From: a virus
Lineage: Duplodnaviria; Heunggongvirae; Uroviricota; Caudoviricetes
DNA length: 61,012 nt
Reading direction: 5' to 3' (one strand)
IMG/VR virus record: IMGVR_UViG_3300010367_000056
Location: 64,001-125,012 of that record
The notes below the pieces were generated by a model that had not been told where the DNA came from, searched no databases, and worked only from the letters and a program-made list of their open reading frames with translations. This document shows, piece by piece, positions 38,920 through 47,997 of this stretch (within the stretch, counting starts at the first letter, position 1; the number at the start of each line of letters is the position of its first letter). The translations under genes and the position numbers were made by a program.

Positions 38920-39317
38920 TGCTATTGGCAGAAGCTCTTTTAATTATAGCAATCTTATTTCTTGCAGGAAAAGATGCTTCTTCTTACCTGTTAAAGGATA
39001 AGACTCCTAATAACCAGGAACTTACACTAAAGAGAATACAGAGATGGCATAGAGATGGAGTTGCACTCTATCTTCTATATATAATTCCTCTATTATTTTT
39101 AGAAAATCCCTGGCTAATATTATCTTATGCTCTTTTAATTAGACTTGCAATTTTTGATATTGCATTTAACTATTGGGCTGAATTAGATCCTAAATTTCTT
39201 GGATCAACATCAAAAGTAGATCAATTCTTTGCAAGATTATTTGGTCAAAATGGTGCTATAAAGAAATCAGCAATCTTTTTAATTATATTATTGCTGCTGA
39301 ACTTAATATTCATATAA
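38919..39317 (+). CDS. multi-TM membrane protein
   Basis: 132 aa, about 4 hydrophobic segments; TAATG-coupled. Confidence 0.6.
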   Translation: MLLAEALLIIAILFLAGKDASSYLLKDKTPNNQELTLKRIQRWHRDGVALYLLYIIPLLFLENPWLILSYALLIRLAIFDIAFNYWAELDPKFLGSTSKVDQFFARLFGQNGAIKKSAIFLIILLLLNLIFI

Positions 39318-39330
39318 TAAATTCAAAGTT

Positions 39331-39369
39331 ATGAAGACATATAGAGGGAATGGAGCCATGAACTCCTAA
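39331..39369 (+). other. 12-codon micro-ORF MKTYRGNGAMNS (possible leader peptide)
   Basis: ATG..TAA with A-rich upstream context, 15 nt before a terminator hairpin. Confidence 0.3.
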
Positions 39370-39384
39370 GCCTTAAAAATGATT

Positions 39385-39418
39385 ACCTGAAGATTTTTCT
39401 TCGGGTTTTCTTGTTTTT
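39385..39418 (+). terminator. intrinsic terminator inside the lysis cassette
   Basis: ACCTGAAGA-TTTT-TCTTCGGGT stem (one G-U pair) followed by TTTCTTGTTTTT. Confidence 0.65.
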
Positions 39419-39438
39419 ATAATTCAAAAACCAATAAT

Positions 39439-40077
39439 ATGAAAGATTTCATAACTAAAAACTTCCAATTCTTAATAGTCATAGCATTATTTTTTGTGCT
39501 GATGATACAGAGATGTGGAAGTGATGGAAAATCAGATATAAATTTTGTAAAGAGGGATACTACAGTAGTTCTTACTTATCACTATTATAAAGATACAGCT
39601 AAGTCAGTACCTACAATTATAAATTTTATTCCTCCTAAACAAACTGATATTCCACCTGCAATGATTCCAGATGGAACATATACAGACTTAAAAAAGAAAT
39701 ACGATTCACTCTTGACTGCTTATTACACAAAAAATATTCAGAAAGATAGTATAAAAGTTGACACTTTTGGCTATGTAAAGACTCTGGATACAGTGAATCA
39801 AAATAGGATAATAGGAAGACAATGGATTTCTAATCTAAAAATACCAGAGAAAACGACTACAATTACTATCACTAAAACTCTACCTTCTAAAACTCAACTA
39901 TTATTAGGTGGTTCTATATCAGGTACTCAAGAGAATCTAATTAATGGAGCTGGAGCTGGCTTCTTAATTATAAATAAGAAACAACAAGCTTATGGAGCTG
40001 ATATAAAACTTATGAACAAAATTGGAGTTGTATATGAAGCTCGTACTTATTGGAACCTTAATAAAATATTTAGATAA
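39439..40077 (+). CDS. spanin-like membrane-anchored/lipoprotein-like protein
   Basis: N-terminal hydrophobic helix followed by QRCG; periplasmic-type body; TAATG-coupled to the lysozyme. Confidence 0.45.
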   Translation: MKDFITKNFQFLIVIALFFVLMIQRCGSDGKSDINFVKRDTTVVLTYHYYKDTAKSVPTIINFIPPKQTDIPPAMIPDGTYTDLKKKYDSLLTAYYTKNIQKDSIKVDTFGYVKTLDTVNQNRIIGRQWISNLKIPEKTTTITITKTLPSKTQLLLGGSISGTQENLINGAGAGFLIINKKQQAYGADIKLMNKIGVVYEARTYWNLNKIFR

Positions 40078-40517
40078 TGGAAATTAAATCAATGGATCAA
40101 GCAGGAATAAACTTCCTGGTAGGAGAGGAGGGAATTGTATTACACCCTTATTTAGATTCAGTAGGAATTCCTACAATTGGTGTTGGTTGTACTTATTATG
40201 AAGATGGTAATAGAGTAACAATGAGAGATTCTTCTATATCAAAAGATAGAGCTATTTCACTCTTCAAAAATGTTCTTAAAAATTATGAACAAACAGTATG
40301 GTCTCTTACAAGAGATGATATTAATCAAAATCAATTTAACGCTTTAGTTTCAATTTGTTATAATATTGGAGTAAATGGATTTAAAAATTCTACTCTATTA
40401 AGATTAGTAAATAAAAATCCTAAAGATCCTGCAATAGTAGATGCATTTAGAATGTGGAGAAAACCTGCGGTTCTTTTACCAAGAAGAAACAGAGAAGCTA
40501 AACTATACTTTAGTTAA
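40077..40517 (+). CDS. endolysin, GH24 phage lysozyme
   Basis: EEGIVLHPYLDSVGIPTIGVG (E-x8-D-x5-T triad), QNQFNALVSICYNIG; no SAR segment. Confidence 0.92.
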   Translation: MEIKSMDQAGINFLVGEEGIVLHPYLDSVGIPTIGVGCTYYEDGNRVTMRDSSISKDRAISLFKNVLKNYEQTVWSLTRDDINQNQFNALVSICYNIGVNGFKNSTLLRLVNKNPKDPAIVDAFRMWRKPAVLLPRRNREAKLYFS

Positions 40518-40531
40518 ACTTATCCAAACCT

Positions 40532-41974
40532 ATGAAAAAAGAAAAAGCCATTGATTATCAGTTTGTAAGACCAATTGAAGTAGGAGCTTCATCAATGAAA
40601 GGTAAAATACCTTTAATAAATCTCTTCAAAGAGTATCTTAAAAGATTAAATGTTGGTTTTTACGATCCTTGTTGTGATAATCCAGCTACATGTCCTCCGA
40701 TATCACAAGATGTTGATAATGTAGTTCAGTGTAAACCAGATGGTTTATATGTAGCATACCAAGATACAGGTGGAGGTGGAAGTGTTAATAGTGTTGGATT
40801 ATCAATGCCCACTCCAGCTTTTAGTGTAACTAACAGCCCAATTACAAATACTGGTACTATTGCAGTTACAATGACAGGTAATAGTTCTCAATATTTAAGA
40901 GGTGATGGTACTTTAGCTAATTTTCCAACTATAGTAAATACATTAGATGAAGTTCTTTCTGAAGGTGGTGAACTTACTACTAATAGACAAATAAATTTAG
41001 GTGCATCAAATTTTAATATTGTCGATACAAATAACAAGGGTTATTTAAGAATCAATCCAGGTAGTGAATTCTCTTTAGGAGACTTAGATTCTACTCAATT
41101 TGGATTTAAGATTAAAATAGAACCTAGATCAATACTTTTAGGTAGTGAAACTTATGCTGCTAACTATATATTCCTAGAAGATATTTTCAGTAGGATTACG
41201 ATAGTTAGTCAGGATATTATAGCAAATGGAAATATCAATGTGATGGGAACTTTTAAATTAACTTCAGGTACATTAGGATCTGGAAAAGTTCTTACCTCTG
41301 ATAGTAGTGGTATAGGTACATGGCAAAGTCCTTCTCCAAATTATTGGACATCAAGTACGACAGGCTGGATAAACAATACTAATACATTTGGTATTGGTAT
41401 TGGAGTTACAAGTCCTAGTGCCTATGTACATATTAAAGCTGGTAATACAACTTATGCACCTTTAAAATTTACTAGTGGTGGCTTACTTGCAGCTCCTGCT
41501 GATGGTGCAATTGAATATGATGGTGTAAATTTATATTTTACAACAGGGATTACTAGAAAAATATTTCCACTTGGAACCACAGACACTACAATCTATACAG
41601 GTGATGGTAATATTGGTGGCCCTAGAACTATTAATGTTCAAAATAATACAATCACTTGGAATAATACTGGTTTGTTCAGAATTGTAGAAGGTGATATGAC
41701 TACTGGTGGAACTTATGACTTTAATGATGGAGTCGATTTCTTAGCTTTTAATGCTACTAATTCAGCTAATTTAGTAATCAACGCAATCAGTGGATTCTCA
41801 ATGGAATACACAGCTCTTGCAGGCCCATCAGTACTAAGCTCAATGGTAGTAAATGCTACTGGTATAAAGCTTACTGGAATTCAGGATTTTGCAGATAATG
41901 CTGCTGCATTAGCAGGTGGTTTAACTGCTGGTTATATTTATAAGACTGGAGATAATCTTAAAATAGTGCACTAA
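40532..41974 (+). CDS. tail fibre / receptor-binding protein 1
   Basis: 480 aa G/T/S/N-rich; N-terminal DPCC..CPPISQD..C.PDGLY module and APLKFTSG..GAIEYDG segment shared with paralogs. Confidence 0.7.
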   Translation: MKKEKAIDYQFVRPIEVGASSMKGKIPLINLFKEYLKRLNVGFYDPCCDNPATCPPISQDVDNVVQCKPDGLYVAYQDTGGGGSVNSVGLSMPTPAFSVTNSPITNTGTIAVTMTGNSSQYLRGDGTLANFPTIVNTLDEVLSEGGELTTNRQINLGASNFNIVDTNNKGYLRINPGSEFSLGDLDSTQFGFKIKIEPRSILLGSETYAANYIFLEDIFSRITIVSQDIIANGNINVMGTFKLTSGTLGSGKVLTSDSSGIGTWQSPSPNYWTSSTTGWINNTNTFGIGIGVTSPSAYVHIKAGNTTYAPLKFTSGGLLAAPADGAIEYDGVNLYFTTGITRKIFPLGTTDTTIYTGDGNIGGPRTINVQNNTITWNNTGLFRIVEGDMTTGGTYDFNDGVDFLAFNATNSANLVINAISGFSMEYTALAGPSVLSSMVVNATGIKLTGIQDFADNAAALAGGLTAGYIYKTGDNLKIVH

Positions 41975-42996
41975 TGAAGAAGAGATATATAGTAGATAAA
42001 GCTGCATTAAGTATTCTAAATATTACTGCTCTTGATGCTCAAACTGAGTTAGGATCTAGTAAAATAATTACAGATGAACCTCTTGAATATAGAAATATTC
42101 CATATGTTAGTTTAATGCTAACTCCTTTTCAAGTTAAGTTATTAATTCATAATGGTTTAAATCCACAAGAAGAAGTTTCTAAACAAGATGTGAGTCTTGC
42201 AGTAGAGAATACTGGTTATGAAAAAATAAGATCTTCATTTTATAAAGCTCAAAGAAGAGCAATTACAGGTAAAGGATGTAAAGTAGGAGTATTAGATTCA
42301 GGATGTAATCAATCAGTTGTTCCCTGGAATTATGCTTATAACTTTATAGATAATAATACTAATGTTACAGATATATTTGGACATGGAACTGAAGTTTGTT
42401 CTATTATAAAACATCCTTTAATAGCATTAGCTCCAGATTGTGAACTTCATTTTCTAAAAGTAATTGATGATGGTGGAGCTGGAAATGAATCAGCAGTTTT
42501 AGCAGCTCTTGATTATGCCATTACTCATAGTTTAGATGTGATTAATTGTTCCTGGCAGTTTGATACTAATGCAATAAGAAGTGCTATGGCTAATGTTGTA
42601 GCTGGAAATACAATAGTCTCAGCAGCCTCTGGAAACTCAAGTGTAGAAACATATACAGTTTCTCCAGCTTGTCTGCCTGGAGTAGTTGCAGTAAATGCAA
42701 TATCATATGATTTCTTTCCAGGATTTAAAAGTATTATTGCTCCTCCTGGAATACCTAACTCTCATGGGGTGACAATAGCTTGTAATGGAGTCTCTTGTCA
42801 ATTATATAATAAAGATGGCAATCGTACAGCTTCTTGGGGAACATCATTCTCAGCTCCATTTTTCGCAGGCACATTTGCTCTTTATAAAGAAATGTTAGGA
42901 ATATCAGATAATAAAAAAGTATTAGAATATATATTAGATAGAGCTAAAAGAAGACAAGAAACAACTTATTATGGTGTAGGATTACCTACATTTTAA
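41974..42996 (+). CDS. subtilisin-family (S8) serine protease
   Basis: VGVLDSG (D at 42295), GHGT (H at 42382), AASGN (N at 42634), GTSFSAP (S at 42844); no signal peptide; N-terminal YIV prodomain-like segment. Confidence 0.92.
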   Translation: MKKRYIVDKAALSILNITALDAQTELGSSKIITDEPLEYRNIPYVSLMLTPFQVKLLIHNGLNPQEEVSKQDVSLAVENTGYEKIRSSFYKAQRRAITGKGCKVGVLDSGCNQSVVPWNYAYNFIDNNTNVTDIFGHGTEVCSIIKHPLIALAPDCELHFLKVIDDGGAGNESAVLAALDYAITHSLDVINCSWQFDTNAIRSAMANVVAGNTIVSAASGNSSVETYTVSPACLPGVVAVNAISYDFFPGFKSIIAPPGIPNSHGVTIACNGVSCQLYNKDGNRTASWGTSFSAPFFAGTFALYKEMLGISDNKKVLEYILDRAKRRQETTYYGVGLPTF

Positions 42997-43014
42997 ATAT
43001 TAAAATAAAATAAA

Positions 43015-44604
43015 ATGGCTTCAGAAAGATTTATAGATCTTCAACTAATCAAACCCCTTACTAAGGGTAGTGGAATAAAAGGAAAGGTTTCTTTAACAAA
43101 TCTTTTCAAAGAATACTTTAATAAATTAAATGTGGGTTATGTTGATCCATGTTGTCCAGTAGGCTCAGATAATGCTTATGGTTGTCCAGCTATCTCTGAA
43201 GATGATGGCAACTCATTAGAGTGTAGACCAAATGGATTATACTCTGCTGCCACTTTGGCTTCTGGCCCAGGTGGTGCTGATACCAATGTACAATTTAATG
43301 ATGCTGGTACTTTTGGTGGCGTTTCAAATTTTGCTTGGGATAATTCTACTAAAACATTAGGAATAACAAATAATAATGCTGGTCAACAAGCAACAGTATC
43401 ATTACTTAATGATTTAGCTAACTATTTTAGAATCAGAATAACTGGTAGTACTAATTCTACTCCTAATACTGCTATTATGCAGTCTGATAAAGCTATAAAT
43501 GTAAACTCAGCAGTATATATTAATTTAAATTCACCTGGAGTATTTGTTGGAGTAGCTCCTTCATTTCCTTCTGCTAAGATTCATATTGAAGCCAGTTCAG
43601 GTGCTGTAAATACTGCCCCAATAAAACTTACTGCTGGAACTTTAATAACTCTTCCAGAAGCAGGTGCTATAGAGTTTGATGGAACTCACTTTTATGGTTC
43701 TATTGGTTCTACAAGAGTTCAATTAGATAATCTATCTGGTGTAATAACTGCTGCAAATAATGGTATTACAAATACTTCTGGTACTGTAGGATTAGGTGGC
43801 TCTCTTACGAGTTCTCCTACAATTACTGCTGGTTCAAATGTTCTTACTCTTACAGGCACAAGAACCAACTTTAACCAACCTGCTTTACAACTTACTAATA
43901 ATAGTGGTGGAGCTGCATTACAAATAACAGGTACAGGTATTCCTGCTTATATAAATGTCACAGGTGGTGCTGGTAGTTATGGTTTATATATTCAACAATT
44001 AGGTACAAGCCAAAATGCTGATGCTGCTAGATTTGAAGCTTCAGGTAGTGCTAAAGCTCTGGAATTAACTGCAATTGGTGGTACTCCACTTGCTATTTAT
44101 AGTACACCTACTGGTACATTAAATACTGCAACAGAAATAATGAGACTTACTAAAAATACTGTTAGTACTACTGATGGTAATGGTATGTATATTAGCATGT
44201 TTCTTAATTCTTCATCTGGCCCTGGAGGGTTGCCTACTTGTCGATATGAAGGTGTTTTAACAGATTCGAGTGCAGGAGGTCTTGCTACTCAGATGAACTT
44301 CTACACCTACGGTACAAGCTTGGCTACTGGTACTAATAGAGCTGTACTTTCTTTAAAAGGTACTGGTCAAATGCAAACTCCTTTATATGGAGTAGGAACA
44401 TATACAGGTACATATGCTCGTAGCATTGCAGTAGATGCAGTAGGTAATCATATCGAAGTATTATCTCCTGTAATTACTTCAGGTACAGCAGCTCCAGCAA
44501 CAACTCCTGGAAAAGTTGGAGATATTTTTGTTGATACAACTGGTAAAAAAATGTACATTGCTACTGGAAACGCTTCTAGTGCTGATTGGACAATAACTAA
44601 CTAA
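43015..44604 (+). CDS. tail fibre / receptor-binding protein 2
   Basis: 529 aa; N-terminus paralogous to 40532 (NLFKEY..KLNVG..DPCC); APIKLTAG..PEAGAIEFDG. Confidence 0.7.
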   Translation: MASERFIDLQLIKPLTKGSGIKGKVSLTNLFKEYFNKLNVGYVDPCCPVGSDNAYGCPAISEDDGNSLECRPNGLYSAATLASGPGGADTNVQFNDAGTFGGVSNFAWDNSTKTLGITNNNAGQQATVSLLNDLANYFRIRITGSTNSTPNTAIMQSDKAINVNSAVYINLNSPGVFVGVAPSFPSAKIHIEASSGAVNTAPIKLTAGTLITLPEAGAIEFDGTHFYGSIGSTRVQLDNLSGVITAANNGITNTSGTVGLGGSLTSSPTITAGSNVLTLTGTRTNFNQPALQLTNNSGGAALQITGTGIPAYINVTGGAGSYGLYIQQLGTSQNADAARFEASGSAKALELTAIGGTPLAIYSTPTGTLNTATEIMRLTKNTVSTTDGNGMYISMFLNSSSGPGGLPTCRYEGVLTDSSAGGLATQMNFYTYGTSLATGTNRAVLSLKGTGQMQTPLYGVGTYTGTYARSIAVDAVGNHIEVLSPVITSGTAAPATTPGKVGDIFVDTTGKKMYIATGNASSADWTITN

Positions 44605-44615
44605 TATATTATAAC

Positions 44616-45929
44616 ATGGATTTAGTTAATATAATTTTAAAAAATTCAAAGGATATTAAGAATTTGAAAAAGCAGATTTGCTGCATTCAAAATCAATGTC
44701 CTCCTATTTCAGCATCCCCAGGAAATGCGATTACTTGTAATCCTGATGGATTATTCTCCACTGGTGGAGGTGGAGGAGCTGGTTCTGCTTCTAATGGATT
44801 ACATGTGGATAGCCCTGATATCAAATTAGGTGGAAATCTAATAGAGGCTACTACTATTACTGGTAATACAACTACTGAAACATTATTATTTACTGGTGTA
44901 ACTGCAAATACTATTGGAGATACTCAGCCAAATATTGGAAATAGCTTTTTCAGAATAGATAGTACTTATGACTTAACTGCACCAGATCCACAATTTGGAG
45001 TTACATTAGGAGTAAGTGCTCCTGCTGATGGCGCAAGTAATGTAGCTATATATACTCAAGGTGGAGACACTGGTATAATAGTAGATGGTGTAGTACCTGG
45101 TGGAGGTCAATCTGGAGTAGGTATACAAGTACAAGGATTTACTAGTCAAGGTATATTAGTTAATGGAACAGGTAGTTTTATTGCTATACAAGTTTCAGGA
45201 GCTACTACTGGTATTCAAGCATCTGGAAATGCTGGATATGCTGTAAAAGCAGTTAATGGAAACTTTACCACCATTTATTCTGAAACTAATGATGCAGTAT
45301 CATCATATACTTTTCAAGGTATAAAAACAGGTAACTTAAATGTTGGTACTATTGAAACACTAGCTAGTTTTAACAGAAATACTAATGCTGTAGTACCTGC
45401 TAACTCAGCAGTATCCATTGATATTGGTGCTCCTCAAGTAGGAAATACTGGTCTTAAAACTATAAGACTTGTATCAAGAAATGCTAATCAAGCTAATAAT
45501 ACTTCTAAATTTGAAATTTGGGGTCTTAATGCAGGAGTTGAAACTCAATTATTCACAGTTGATGCTTTACTTAATGGTAGAATTGGTATTGGGTCTACTA
45601 TGACTTCACCTACAGCTAGATTACATCTTCCTGCTGGTGCTGCTGGTGCTCAAACAGCTCCTTTGAAATTCAGCTCTGGTACAAGTCAGACAACTCCAGA
45701 AGCTGGAGCAATGGAGTATAATGGTAGTAACTTATTCTTTGTAAGATCTGGTACAACTAGAGAAACAGTATTTACTGGTGTATCTGGTGCTACTGCTCCA
45801 GCTACCACAACAGGTGTAACAATTACAAACTTTTATGGTAGTGCTGCAACTAATTTCTTAGGAGATCCTAACTCATGGGCTTCTGTAGTTATTAATGGTA
45901 CAACCTATAAAGTTCCATTATATACTTAA
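44616..45929 (+). CDS. tail fibre / receptor-binding protein 3
   Basis: 437 aa; CC..CPPISASPGNAITCNPDGLF; APLKFSSG..PEAGAMEYNG. Confidence 0.7.
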   Translation: MDLVNIILKNSKDIKNLKKQICCIQNQCPPISASPGNAITCNPDGLFSTGGGGGAGSASNGLHVDSPDIKLGGNLIEATTITGNTTTETLLFTGVTANTIGDTQPNIGNSFFRIDSTYDLTAPDPQFGVTLGVSAPADGASNVAIYTQGGDTGIIVDGVVPGGGQSGVGIQVQGFTSQGILVNGTGSFIAIQVSGATTGIQASGNAGYAVKAVNGNFTTIYSETNDAVSSYTFQGIKTGNLNVGTIETLASFNRNTNAVVPANSAVSIDIGAPQVGNTGLKTIRLVSRNANQANNTSKFEIWGLNAGVETQLFTVDALLNGRIGIGSTMTSPTARLHLPAGAAGAQTAPLKFSSGTSQTTPEAGAMEYNGSNLFFVRSGTTRETVFTGVSGATAPATTTGVTITNFYGSAATNFLGDPNSWASVVINGTTYKVPLYT

Positions 45930-45957
45930 AATATTACTTTAAGTGGTATAAAAATTG

Positions 45958-45965
45958 TATTTTTG
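45958..45965 (+). promoter_or_regulatory. candidate -7 promoter box TATTTTTG
   Basis: TAnnTTTG match in the intergenic gap 33 nt upstream of ATG 45999. Confidence 0.35.
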
Positions 45966-45998
45966 ATGGAATTAATTAACTTTCAAACCAATAATTAA

Positions 45999-46310
45999 AT
46001 GAAAACTTTAGAATTAAAAAAAGTAGAAGAAACTGTAGTAATTAACAATCAACAAGTTAAAACTGAGATTAGCTATTTAGACCTTTTAAAAATTGCAGTA
46101 AATGCTCCTTCACAAGGTGGTTATACTGTAAGTGAGATGGGACAAAGGCTCAGGATACTAGATGTTATTAATGCTACTGAAAAAGCTAATGATAATAAAA
46201 TTGCTTTTGAAGATGCTGACTTCACAGTTCTTTCTAAACTGGTAAAAGATGCTAAATGGTCTGTAATTAGTAGGACTATAGTAGATTTTGTCGGTGAATT
46301 TGACAAATAA
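45999..46310 (+). CDS. hypothetical protein (possible fibre assembly chaperone)
   Basis: 103 aa following the fibre genes; function inferred from position only. Confidence 0.5.
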   Translation: MKTLELKKVEETVVINNQQVKTEISYLDLLKIAVNAPSQGGYTVSEMGQRLRILDVINATEKANDNKIAFEDADFTVLSKLVKDAKWSVISRTIVDFVGEFDK

Positions 46311-46324
46311 TTAAAATTATTAAA

Positions 46325-46954
46325 ATGCCGCAATTCAAACTTGACTGGTTTGCTGCTCCAGTGATGGTTAATCCAAATGCTACAGGTCAAAGAGCCGTTT
46401 ACAGACAAAAATCTGTAGGTGGTTCTTTTATCTCCACTGGCTTTACTCCAGCTAATGATTTATCTATTGTAGCTCAAACTACAACTTCTCCTAATCTCGA
46501 TGCTAATAAAATATGGGAATTTAAAGTACAAGCACTATGTACTTCAGGAGGCCCAACTGATAATAATAATGGTATTATAGAAGCCCTTAAATTTGCTTGT
46601 CTCTTACCTACTTTATCGTCAACTAGTTTTACAGCTACTATACAGCTCAACATTGCAAGTCTTGATATTACAAAAGCAGTATTTTCACTACATTTAGTTA
46701 GTGATGATACTATTGTATATGGCCCAGTTACAGCTACTCCTTTAGGTACTATTATTCAGACTCAGGCTACTGGAATTGACGATGATACTGATTACTATTG
46801 GACTTTTTCTCTTAAATCAACTGTAAATGGAGTTGAAATATCTTCAACAGACTCAACTCAATTAAATCAAGAATGTCAATCAGTAGAATTTAGTACACCT
46901 CCTGATGTATGTTTACCTGTTACTGCAACAACTGCCGTAGCAACAGAATTCTAA
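46325..46954 (+). CDS. beta-sandwich (FN3/Ig-like) virion decoration candidate
   Basis: 209 aa, T/S-rich beta pattern, WEFKVQALC resembles an FN3 F-strand. Confidence 0.45.
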   Translation: MPQFKLDWFAAPVMVNPNATGQRAVYRQKSVGGSFISTGFTPANDLSIVAQTTTSPNLDANKIWEFKVQALCTSGGPTDNNNGIIEALKFACLLPTLSSTSFTATIQLNIASLDITKAVFSLHLVSDDTIVYGPVTATPLGTIIQTQATGIDDDTDYYWTFSLKSTVNGVEISSTDSTQLNQECQSVEFSTPPDVCLPVTATTAVATEF

Positions 46955-46974
46955 TAATATTAAAAATTAATATA

Positions 46975-47997
46975 ATGGCTTATCATTTTACCTTAAGTGG
47001 TATTACGCCTTCAACTCCTCCTGCTGATGGATGGAATGTGGGATATAGAATACTTGGTTCAGGTGGTTCTTATACAACTGCTGGCCCTTTTATGTCTCAA
47101 CCAATTGTTATCCCAACAGCAGATGCTGTAGGTACTTTATATGAAGGGTATATTACTAGAGATTGTGGAACTCTTGTTTCTACTCAATTTTTTTGGCAAA
47201 CTCCTTGTAACTGTGTAGGTGCTGGATATTCTGTAGCTCCTTCTGGAACTCAGTGTCAAAATGTTCAGACTCAAGCTCCTACAATTACCAATCCTGGATA
47301 TTGTTTGGCTACATCTCAAGATGGAGTTTATACTCAATTTGGTTCTAGGATATATAATCCTGGATTTACTACTGCTACCCTTAATTTAAATATGGGTACA
47401 ATAGATTCTAATATTTTTGCCGATTTAACTACTCCAAGTTTATGGGCTAATCCTGGAAGTTCTAGTACTATTGGGCCTCTTAATAGAGAAGGTGTTTGGA
47501 TTGACTCTAACTGTGATGGTACTAAAGATCCATTATCTAGTGGAGTCCAAACTACTGTAGCTTATACATTTAATAATACAGGAGCAACAAGAACAATTTT
47601 TGTGGGAGCTGGAGCTGATAATCAGTTTCAGATAGTAGTGAATGGTGTTCAAGTAGCTGATTCCGATACTACTGGTGTTGATAAGCCATTTAAAATATGG
47701 CATATAATGCCAATAACGGTAGTTCCTGGTGTAAATTTTATCAACTTAGTTGCTACAGGAGATGGATCTGTAAATGATGCTCTTGGTATGATAATATATG
47801 ATAATACAGCTAGTCAAATTCAAGCTGCTGGTAGTGAAGGAGCACTTACTATTCCATTTAGAACATCCTCTTTAAGAGGTACATCTTATAATGTAGCTAC
47901 ATGTCCTACTGGATGGTCTTTAGATACTAGTTCTGGTAATCCTGCTACATGGCAGTGTGTACAAACAACTTATAAATCTTGTAATACTTTATCATAA
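46975..47997 (+). CDS. Cys-containing beta-sandwich/lectin-like virion protein
   Basis: Start reassigned to MAYHFTL (46975) to avoid overlap; GADNQFQIVVNG lectin/PA14-like strand; CPTGW..C motifs. Confidence 0.5.
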   Translation: MAYHFTLSGITPSTPPADGWNVGYRILGSGGSYTTAGPFMSQPIVIPTADAVGTLYEGYITRDCGTLVSTQFFWQTPCNCVGAGYSVAPSGTQCQNVQTQAPTITNPGYCLATSQDGVYTQFGSRIYNPGFTTATLNLNMGTIDSNIFADLTTPSLWANPGSSSTIGPLNREGVWIDSNCDGTKDPLSSGVQTTVAYTFNNTGATRTIFVGAGADNQFQIVVNGVQVADSDTTGVDKPFKIWHIMPITVVPGVNFINLVATGDGSVNDALGMIIYDNTASQIQAAGSEGALTIPFRTSSLRGTSYNVATCPTGWSLDTSSGNPATWQCVQTTYKSCNTLS

